Of a DNA stretch of 45,848 nucleotides, positions 36,380-43,982 are shown piece after piece; position 1 is the stretch's first letter, and every line of letters starts with the position of its first letter. The position numbers and the translations under genes are program-made. The stretch comes from an uncultured Legionellaceae bacterium (lineage in GTDB: Bacteria; Pseudomonadota; Gammaproteobacteria; Legionellales; Legionellaceae): contig CAZGKX010000015.1 of the NCBI GenBank assembly GCA_964525945.1, positions 1 to 45,848 of the forward strand. The letters are read 5' to 3'. The notes under the pieces were generated by a model. The model did not search any database. It worked only from the letters and a program-made list of their open reading frames with translations, and was not told where the DNA came from.

Positions 36380-37216
36380 TTAAATATAATTTTTTTTGTC
36401 GCGTAATGCCTGTCCAATGCTTTGCGCTGTTATAAATGATGTATATGTTTTTGCATTGAGCCGGACAATCGGTTGCACCCCCATCAAAGCATTGGTGATA
36501 AACACCTCATCGGCATCCAAAAGAGCCGGCATGGAAATGGATTGTTCTATTATCTTAAATTCCGGTCGCAATTCATTCAGCAACATGGCTCTGACAACAC
36601 CAGGCAAAGCACCGTCGACAACTCGTGGGGTAATAATTTGTTCATTTTTCACGATAAAAACGTTGGACACTGCCCCGTCCGCCACATTGGAGGCCGTGTT
36701 CAATAAAATTGCTTCATGGTAATTTTGATCAAACGCTTGTCTTTTTGCAAGAATTTGCTCAAGGTAGCTGGTGGATTTAATTCTGCTTGTCAAAGCATGT
36801 TCATTTTTTACAACATCAACCACCAAAGCAGAGTAATCATCAATCACCTGTTGTGAATGAACATACGTTGTGATTAAAAAATTAGGCCGCGGCTTTGAAG
36901 AGGGAAAAATACCTCGCTCGCTGTTGCCATGCGTCACGGTAACGCGCGCGGCCACGATTTCGTTTTGAAGATGATTTTCTTTGAGCAAAGACTGCACCAT
37001 GGATTCCAACCGATGGCATGAAAAAGGCAACACAATATCAAGCCATGGTGCACTGATAACCAGCCGTTGCCAATGGTAATCCAATGCGGGTAAATGGCCA
37101 TTTTTCACCAGCATGGTTTCAAATAAACCATGCCCCAACAAAAACCCACGATCATTGTGCATGATGGACGGTTTGCTGTCCGAACATAGATGACCATTCA
37201 CAATGATTGAGGGCAT
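36380..37216 (-). CDS. pabC: Class IV aminotransferase-fold protein, probably aminodeoxychorismate lyase
   Basis: 278 aa. DRGFLLGHGLFET near the N-terminus, IKSTSYLEQILAKRQA (cf. PabC IKHLNRLEQVLIR) and EVFITNALMGVQPI near the C-terminus. Confidence 0.7.
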   Translation of the reverse strand: MPSIIVNGHLCSDSKPSIMHNDRGFLLGHGLFETMLVKNGHLPALDYHWQRLVISAPWLDIVLPFSCHRLESMVQSLLKENHLQNEIVAARVTVTHGNSERGIFPSSKPRPNFLITTYVHSQQVIDDYSALVVDVVKNEHALTSRIKSTSYLEQILAKRQAFDQNYHEAILLNTASNVADGAVSNVFIVKNEQIITPRVVDGALPGVVRAMLLNELRPEFKIIEQSISMPALLDADEVFITNALMGVQPIVRLNAKTYTSFITAQSIGQALRDKKNYI

Positions 37217-37256
37217 TTTTGTTCCTCGACGCCAAACGTCTTTGCAGGGTGGATAT

Positions 37257-38495
37257 TCATTGAAGAATCATATTGTGGGGGAATTTAAACGTTGGCGGAA
37301 ACTGAGGATTGCCGGCCCCCAAGTATTTTTTCATTTTTTCAAAAGTGACATTTTTTCCACATTGCAGCAAAGAGTCATCGGTATTTTTACAATAATATTC
37401 ACGAAAACTGTACAGTTTTTTTAGGGTTATCTCACCTGCATTTTTTTCGAAATAATAGGTGTGGTAATCGGTTAATTGCCATCTGTTGCCAGCGTCAGAA
37501 TAATCATAGATGCGAATGGCTGGAGCGTTGCCATGAAACGTTGAAAGCGCAGGCGATATATAAGCATTCACCTGATTTTGTCCCGCCTTATTTTGAATGA
37601 TGTGCATCTCATCATAATGGGTATGCGCCGCTAGAATACCGATAATTGTGGATTGATAATCATTGACCAATTTTAAAAAGCGAGGCTGTTCATCAGGCGA
37701 CCAAAAAGATGAATTATCCAACATATTTCGTCCCGGCAATACATGCATTGCCAATAAAACAGAATCGCCATGCCTTTGCGCGTCGTTTAATTGGGCGGCG
37801 AGCCAATCCATTTGCAACTGGCCTTCTCGCCGACTCGTGCCCACCTGCCGTGGGGTGTACATGACCGTGTTTAAGGTGATTAATCTAAATTTGGGTTGTA
37901 AATAAACAGAATAATAACCATCCTGTGTGTTTTCGTTTAAAAGACAAGGGTATATTTTATTGTTCCGTGCACATTTTTGGCCCGTTGATAAAAAATAATT
38001 TTTCCAGCCACTCGCTAACGCAATCTCACCCGGGCTTTGGGAACCGTGAACACCATTGGTGCGGTAAGGTCCATAATTATCCAAAAAAGAATCATTGTTA
38101 CCAAAAACAAAGAGCAGCGGTGTCTGAGGAAAATATTGATTGAACAACCGAAAAAAAGCCGTCTCATCGGTACGTACAGAATTTGGGTAACGGTTATGCC
38201 CCACCGAATCACCCAAAAAAAGAACAAACTTAGGGCGAGCCAACTTACCTTCACGCATATTATGACGGATAGTGGTCAATAATTTCTTAAATGTGGGCTC
38301 ATCCAAATCATCGTCTTTGGAAACAAAATTGGGGTTAAACACCATGCGGTGCTTTGATAAAGCGTTCAAATGCACATCGTTGATGACTAAAAATGACGAA
38401 GGCGACAGCGGAGAACAATAAGCATCAAAGGCCACGCCGATAAAAAAAAAGAGCCTTGCTGTAAAAAAAATGACATTGCGGACGCGACAGAGCAT
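37257..38495 (-). CDS. Secreted calcineurin-like metallophosphoesterase, acid-sphingomyelinase-like
   Basis: A signal-like N-terminus. Motif series INDVHLN, FLGDSVGHN, FGNNDSF, LAMHVLPG, LAAHTHYDEM (cf. ASM/SMPDL3 TDLHxD, GDxxxH, GNHE, GHxPP, GHTHxDEF). Confidence 0.75.
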   Translation of the reverse strand: MLCRVRNVIFFTARLFFFIGVAFDAYCSPLSPSSFLVINDVHLNALSKHRMVFNPNFVSKDDDLDEPTFKKLLTTIRHNMREGKLARPKFVLFLGDSVGHNRYPNSVRTDETAFFRLFNQYFPQTPLLFVFGNNDSFLDNYGPYRTNGVHGSQSPGEIALASGWKNYFLSTGQKCARNNKIYPCLLNENTQDGYYSVYLQPKFRLITLNTVMYTPRQVGTSRREGQLQMDWLAAQLNDAQRHGDSVLLAMHVLPGRNMLDNSSFWSPDEQPRFLKLVNDYQSTIIGILAAHTHYDEMHIIQNKAGQNQVNAYISPALSTFHGNAPAIRIYDYSDAGNRWQLTDYHTYYFEKNAGEITLKKLYSFREYYCKNTDDSLLQCGKNVTFEKMKKYLGAGNPQFPPTFKFPHNMILQ

Positions 38496-38606
38496 TGAAT
38501 ACCCATGAACGAGGAATATTTACCCATTCAATCGTAATTTGAGCCAGAGTGCAAGCGTCCATCAAACCAAGGTAAACGCATCTAAATAAACATTATACTC
38601 TCACTA

Positions 38607-38697
38607 TACCTACGCTCCGCGCTTTATGCGTGGAATCTAGTTTCAATCTTGAATGACGATCGTATGGATACCGTGCATAAAGCACGGTACGTAGGTA
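38607..38697. repeat. 91-bp element: two 27-nt inverted arms, each itself a hairpin, around a 37-nt spacer
   Basis: Left arm: TACCTACGCTCCGCGCTTTATGCGTGG (38607-38633). Reverse complement of the right arm (38671-38697): TACCTACGTACCGTGCTTTATGCACGG. 22 of 27 positions are identical. The differences within the internal stems keep pairing intact (CCGCGC/GCGTGG versus CCGTGC/GCACGG). Confidence 0.5.
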
Positions 38698-38734
38698 AAA
38701 GGATCCTTTTAATGCGCAAATTGAGATGATTTTA

Positions 38735-39832
38735 TTAAAACGAACGAGGAGCGTTTTCATTCGCCTGAGGCTCTTCTTGCTGCGTCGCCATAGCTGGCTC
38801 AGAGGCAGAAGGTGACAGTTTTTTGCCCACATTGGCGCTTGTTTTTAAAGCTTGGGTATTGTCGCTGGTCACCATGCCAGCAGCCTGAGTCGGAGTCTGC
38901 CCACAAGCCGCATTCGCTTTGGCAATTAAATCTTGATGGGATTTTATAGTTGATTGTGTTTCATCCAGTCGAACTTGGTAGGCTCTATTTTCTGAACTTC
39001 GCTCTCCTATCTTCTCTTCATTGTCATTATATTGAGCGATTAATTCGTCAATTTCCTTCATTTCTGCCCGGATACTGCTTTCTCGAAAAGAGCCTTGCCA
39101 GGAGATTAAGCGCCCACCTAATTTTTCATGCCTCGCTGATAATTCGGTTATATTTTTACCGTGTTTATTTGGAAATAACCGTTGATTTTTTTTCTCTAGC
39201 ATCGAAATTATTTTATTATTTTCAGCAATTTTATGTTCATAGCTATTGCATCGTTGATTGAGTCCTTCCACCTTTTGAGCAAGCCGCTGAGCTTCCGCGT
39301 TGATTTTAGGCAAACTGGTTTTCACAGTTGCAATATCTGCATTCACTTCTTTTAATATGTTTTCTGCATGATCCAATTCATATTTTCTCTCCTTTACCGA
39401 CTCGTACGATTTCTCAGCAGCCCTGTATTCAGGCATTAATTGGCTCCGTTGTTTTTGTTTTTCGGCAATGTAACCATCCCATTTGTAATTCGAATAACCA
39501 TGGTGTTTTCGGTATATTTCATTTTGCCTTTTAGCATAAGCTATCTTTTCTTCTAAAGATTGGATAGATCCAGCCACATCTTGATATCTACTCCGACGGC
39601 TATCATACGATGGGTTTAATCCATAAAAATTAGATTTTGCTCTGTTAAAGTTAGCTTCTGCATCTTTATGTTGCTGGGCAGGATTTGAGGATAATCTCCC
39701 TTGACTGGCGTTGTATGAGTCTAACAACCCCTTTAAATTTTTTTCATCGGGGCTGAGTTTATCCACCATGTCAATTGCTCTTAATGGGTATAATATACTG
39801 TCAATATAGGTTAAATATGGAACAATTTCCAA
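38735..39832 (-). CDS. Orphan 365-aa coiled-coil protein with a Glu-rich C-terminal tail (effector-like)
   Basis: A long ORF dominated by heptad-like charged sequence (EKIAYAKRQNEIYRKH, TVKTSLPKINAEAQRLAQKVEGLNQR, EMKEIDELIAQYNDNEEKIGE). The tail is ...ATQQEEPQANENAPRSF. The start is uncertain: TTG at 39832 or ATG at 39769. Confidence 0.55.
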   Translation of the reverse strand: MEIVPYLTYIDSILYPLRAIDMVDKLSPDEKNLKGLLDSYNASQGRLSSNPAQQHKDAEANFNRAKSNFYGLNPSYDSRRSRYQDVAGSIQSLEEKIAYAKRQNEIYRKHHGYSNYKWDGYIAEKQKQRSQLMPEYRAAEKSYESVKERKYELDHAENILKEVNADIATVKTSLPKINAEAQRLAQKVEGLNQRCNSYEHKIAENNKIISMLEKKNQRLFPNKHGKNITELSARHEKLGGRLISWQGSFRESSIRAEMKEIDELIAQYNDNEEKIGERSSENRAYQVRLDETQSTIKSHQDLIAKANAACGQTPTQAAGMVTSDNTQALKTSANVGKKLSPSASEPAMATQQEEPQANENAPRSF

Positions 39833-39872
39833 TGACTGTCGACTATTTCATTGCTCTATCAGCATAGAGCTC

Positions 39873-40682
39873 CTAGTTAGCTGCTGCCTTGGGAAGCTTC
39901 TTTGGCCAAAGCGCGATGAGCAACTTGAGTTCTTCGTCGGCAATCAACTTAACCGCATTGTAATTGGGATGGCCATCCTTGAACCAGTCGGGTGTTTTGG
40001 CCATTTCTTTATCCACAATATCATCCACGATCCGCCGGCCAAATTTTTCGAGGCTGAGCGACTGGTTGCGAATGCACAAATCTTTTTTGCCAACTCCTGC
40101 TTCGCGTTTCAGCCTTTTAAATACTTCAACAAAAGGATAATCCCGAGTCTTCGCAACTTGCCGGGCCACCTCCCACACATCGTTTAACTCGTTGTTGAAT
40201 GAATCAGGATACCAGGGCTCATACATGTTGCTCTCAAGAATAATTTTGACACCCGGGAAGTCGGTTGCAATCCGATCGCAAAGTTCTTCGAGATCCTTTT
40301 GATAGTCTGACAGAGTGCGGTGGTTCATATCGTTACTGCCGTAACGGATGAAAGCGATATCGATGCCGGTTAAAGCGCCGGTTAAAGCATTTTTCCAATG
40401 CTCGTAACGCCCAGTGTCAAGAAACACACGGATAGAATCACCGCTCAAACCAAGATTGTAGTTGGTGATCTTCGAGGTCTTGTAGGCCGCTTTGAGGCGA
40501 ACATTGAGGATTGCATCAACCATCTGCTCGGGCGGCAGGTAATCTGTCATGCATGTGCTGTCACCAAAATGAGCAATGATCACATGGTCGTGATTCACTG
40601 TTCCAGTGCGATTTCCCGCGGCGTAATTGCAAGATAGGAAAAGCAAGCAAAATAGAATTATAAATTTTCTCATAAGATTCAT
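39873..40682 (-). CDS. SGNH/GDSL-family hydrolase with signal peptide
   Basis: Signal peptide (MRKFIILFCLLFLSC). Block I IIAHFGDSTC, block II-like GLSGDS, block III YGSNDM, and a late DGHPN (the DxxH equivalent). Confidence 0.8.
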   Translation of the reverse strand: MNLMRKFIILFCLLFLSCNYAAGNRTGTVNHDHVIIAHFGDSTCMTDYLPPEQMVDAILNVRLKAAYKTSKITNYNLGLSGDSIRVFLDTGRYEHWKNALTGALTGIDIAFIRYGSNDMNHRTLSDYQKDLEELCDRIATDFPGVKIILESNMYEPWYPDSFNNELNDVWEVARQVAKTRDYPFVEVFKRLKREAGVGKKDLCIRNQSLSLEKFGRRIVDDIVDKEMAKTPDWFKDGHPNYNAVKLIADEELKLLIALWPKKLPKAAAN

Positions 40683-40792
40683 CCCTTAAAATTAAATCCT
40701 GGAGGCTACTAGGCAAAGAATGCAGCCAATGAAAATTACAGCACTGGCTGCAAAAAACGCAACAATAAAATAACTTTATCGGGTACTGATTC

Positions 40793-42574
40793 ATGGTAGC
40801 ATGTGTGATATTTTCAGACTATGTTAAACTCATGCAACGTCAACTTGTTTTGCTTGCAATATTAAAGCAACTTTTATTGTCATTGTTTAATTTCAATGGC
40901 ATTTTGACGCTATGCTCATTTACGCTCATCACATTAAAAAGCCTGAGTGCAGGGCTGACTTTTTTAATGATTATTCCATTGCTGGAGCTTGTTGGGCTAT
41001 CTGTTCTAGGCAATCATCCATCCACGCATGCACGGTTTCATGATTTGTTTAATTTCTTTCACATTCCTGAAACCTTGGTTGGCGTGTTGAGTCTTTTTAC
41101 GATCATGTTGTGCAGCTCAGCAGGCATTGCTTACCTTGAGCAGCATGCCAGCACCCGCCTTCAACAACGCTACAATCAATTTTTGCGCACCCATCTTCAG
41201 CGTTCACTGCTATGTTCCAGTTGGTCATTTTTACGTTCGCAAAAAAAATCGGATTTGGTGCATTTGGTGATCACTGAAACGCACCAACTTGCCCTATGCA
41301 ATCATCAACTGCTGATCCTCATCAACCAACTGTTTTTAATCGGCGTAAACACCACCATTGCATTTTTCTTGTCATGGTCAATGACGCTGTTTGCGGTAGG
41401 TTCAGCAACTTTTTTATTTGCATTGATGTTTCCCCTGCATCGCAATACAGTCAATGCGGGTGAAAAACACCTCCAGATCAATCAAGAATTGCATCAGGTC
41501 ATTAGCCAACAACTTTATGGTATCAAATCCATTAAAGGCTCGGGATTTGAGCCACTGTCCGTTGCGGCATTTGAAAAAACTGGACAAACACTTGAAAAAC
41601 TAAGCACCCAATTGCACATGGGCGTTGCCCGTAATCGTTTGTTCAATACCACAGGTTCCGCCATCGCTTTTAGTTTATTGTTGTATGTGGCGCTTGAAAT
41701 ATTCGGCATACCCATTCAACAACTGACGCTACTGTTGATTATTTATGCGCGCATATTGCCACTGGTTTCCAATGCTCAACAAATATACCAGCGGGTTTTG
41801 CACCAAGTACCAGCGTATCAACACATTACCGAATTACTGAAAAAAACGGCTCAGCACCAAGAATCAATTGACACGTCGATAAGGATTCCTTTTGAGCAGG
41901 AAATCAGAGGGCACAAAGTTTCCTTCAATTATCCTCATTCCAACAAAAAAATTATTCAGGGTATGAATTTTCAATTGAAAAAGAACACCTCAACATTGGT
42001 GTTAGGACCATCAGGGGTCGGCAAAACAACATTGGTCGATTTAATTTGCGGTTTAGCAGAGCCCACAGCAGGTGAGATCTATATTGACAAGCAGTTGCTT
42101 ACACCAACAAACGCGCATGCCTGGCGTAAACAAATCGCCTATATTACCCAAGATATCTTTTTGTTTAACGCGACAATTCGAGAAAATCTACTTTGGTTTA
42201 GCACGGAAACTGCAGAGGCAGAGCTTTATTACGCCCTGGAATTGGCTTCAGCAGACTTTGTTTATCACCTTCCTGCCGGATTGGACACACAACTTGGCGA
42301 TAACGGTGTTACATTATCCGGAGGAGAACGTCAACGCTTAGCGCTTGCCAGAGCCATTTTGCAGAAACCCCAGTTGTTAATTCTTGATGAAAGCACCAAT
42401 TCACTGGATGGTGAGCGCGCACAGCATATTCAACATACTCTTGCCCTCTTGAAAGGAATGATGACCATCGTGATGATTTCTCACCAACCTGTAAATATGG
42501 CCATGATCGATCAAGTGATACGATTAGAAAGTGAGCCAGTGCTTGAACCACGTGATTTATTTACAGTGCATTAA
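40793..42574 (+). CDS. ABC exporter, fused TMD-NBD half transporter (MsbA/type-I exporter-like)
   Basis: A six-TM N-terminal domain, then Walker A GPSGVGKTT, signature LSGGERQR, Walker B LLILDEST and an H-loop (ISHQ). The alternative start MQRQL lies at 40832. Confidence 0.88.
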   Translation: MVACVIFSDYVKLMQRQLVLLAILKQLLLSLFNFNGILTLCSFTLITLKSLSAGLTFLMIIPLLELVGLSVLGNHPSTHARFHDLFNFFHIPETLVGVLSLFTIMLCSSAGIAYLEQHASTRLQQRYNQFLRTHLQRSLLCSSWSFLRSQKKSDLVHLVITETHQLALCNHQLLILINQLFLIGVNTTIAFFLSWSMTLFAVGSATFLFALMFPLHRNTVNAGEKHLQINQELHQVISQQLYGIKSIKGSGFEPLSVAAFEKTGQTLEKLSTQLHMGVARNRLFNTTGSAIAFSLLLYVALEIFGIPIQQLTLLLIIYARILPLVSNAQQIYQRVLHQVPAYQHITELLKKTAQHQESIDTSIRIPFEQEIRGHKVSFNYPHSNKKIIQGMNFQLKKNTSTLVLGPSGVGKTTLVDLICGLAEPTAGEIYIDKQLLTPTNAHAWRKQIAYITQDIFLFNATIRENLLWFSTETAEAELYYALELASADFVYHLPAGLDTQLGDNGVTLSGGERQRLALARAILQKPQLLILDESTNSLDGERAQHIQHTLALLKGMMTIVMISHQPVNMAMIDQVIRLESEPVLEPRDLFTVH

Positions 42575-42722
42575 TGCTAATAGCGCGTTTTTTTGAGGTG
42601 TAACGCCGTAATTTTTACTGATAAAGCGTCCAAAACATGATTATCCCAATTTGTCTTTGTTTGTTTGGTTGAATTTGATACATTTATCGTTCGTGAGGTG
42701 GTAAATAAGGGATAAAAAATCA

Positions 42723-43589
42723 ATGCTTATTATATTCGGAGGCTTGCCGGGTGTCGGCAAAACAACCGTAGCAAAAGCCCTAGCCAAAGACTTGAAAGCT
42801 TTGTATTTGCGCATTGATACGGTGGAACAAGTATTAAAGAGAGAGGCGCAACTAGAAGGTCCTGAAGGATATATGGTTTGTTGGGCACAAGCCTTGGAAA
42901 ATTTAAAACTGGGTATGACGGTCGTTGCGGATTCGGTGAACGCAATACAAATCACGCGAGAAGCATGGCGGAATGTAGCTAAAGAGGCTGACGTGGCTTT
43001 CCTTGAAGTTGAATTGATCTGCTCAGATTTGAGAGAACATCAACGAAGAGTTGAAACCAGAAACCCTGATATTATTGGACATCAATTACCTAAATGGCAA
43101 GATGTCAAAGCGCGAGATTATGAACCCTGGTCTCCACATTTAGTCGTTGATACCGCCAAACAATCTGTTGATGTTATTGTTGAAGACCTACTTAAGCACC
43201 TTAAACCTGATACATTATCAAAAGCCAGCAAGGAACATATTATTGCCCAGGAAAAACGCTTGCTTGATCGAAAAGAACCTGGACCCACCTTAAGCATGCT
43301 TATTGACGAAGAATTTATTGAAATTGTTAACAGCACGACTCATTGCTACAAAGCTGATGCAGTGCAATGGCTTATGATGGAAGATCCATCCATATATTCT
43401 GGCACAGATTTTTTAACAAAAGTACTTGCAAATCATCTGGTGCTACTCACCTACACAAGCCACAAAAAAAACGCTCCTGGTGCGCCTGTAAAAAAAGCGT
43501 TACGCAGTTCCCTATGGCGCAAGCGAAACAATAGGTGGCAGATGGTTTTTCATCAAAGTACCCCGATGAGTAAATCAAACGAGGATTAA
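42723..43589 (+). CDS. P-loop kinase-like (AAA_33-type) domain fused to a DUF4440/SnoaL-like domain
   Basis: N-terminus MLIIFGGLPGVGKTTVAKALA (Walker A) with a downstream VVADSVN. The C-terminal ~120 aa end in SSLWRKRNNRWQMVFHQSTP, the typical terminal strand pattern of DUF4440/NTF2-like domains. Confidence 0.7.
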   Translation: MLIIFGGLPGVGKTTVAKALAKDLKALYLRIDTVEQVLKREAQLEGPEGYMVCWAQALENLKLGMTVVADSVNAIQITREAWRNVAKEADVAFLEVELICSDLREHQRRVETRNPDIIGHQLPKWQDVKARDYEPWSPHLVVDTAKQSVDVIVEDLLKHLKPDTLSKASKEHIIAQEKRLLDRKEPGPTLSMLIDEEFIEIVNSTTHCYKADAVQWLMMEDPSIYSGTDFLTKVLANHLVLLTYTSHKKNAPGAPVKKALRSSLWRKRNNRWQMVFHQSTPMSKSNED

Positions 43590-43982
43590 ACATGTTACCG
43601 AAAATGTTTCTTTCGTCATGTAGCTCTAGCCGTCCATAAAATGGATGAGTGCGAGGACACAATACCTAAAATTTCATTTGTTAAGCAACGCTCAGACAAA
43701 ACCTTGAAAAAAATGGCAGCTGGCTTGAAAGAGCATGAACTCAGTGAAAGCATTCACGTTGATTTTGAGCTTTATAACGAACAAGAGCCTCCGAAGAAGT
43801 TTTGCGTCCTCGGGTAAGTGGTACTGTAATTTATCCAATTGTCTTTATTTTTACATTTCTGTTTTCAAGACCTATACTTTTGCTAAAGAGTTTACGTTAA
43901 TGCTCACTGCAAAGACCAACTAATATAATAGATGGACCTGACCTCGACAACTCTTCTTTAAAGGGCCCAAGTAAGGATACGC

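Noticed and set aside
38593-38832. Track ORF of 79 aa on the minus strand, spanning the intergenic inverted-repeat element.
   Set aside because: It overlaps the 3' end of the 365-aa gene and runs straight through the hairpin/palindrome element. It has no RBS and an odd composition. The inverted repeats explain the sequence better.
40793-42574. The MsbA-like ABC exporter as the possible 'D' transporter of the RiPP-like cassette.
   Set aside because: It lies about 25 kb away, separated by many unrelated housekeeping genes, and nothing in the sequence links them. I treat it as an independent exporter.
43641-43817. 58-aa ORF ending in a polybasic stretch plus CVLG (PPKKFCVLG), superficially a K-Ras-like CaaX tail.
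   Set aside because: It has no Shine-Dalgarno sequence and is very short. It sits in a gene-poor spacer, and Gly is not a typical X residue for CaaX. With no conservation evidence, it is most likely a chance ORF or a gene remnant. It would only be worth a look if orthologs keep it.
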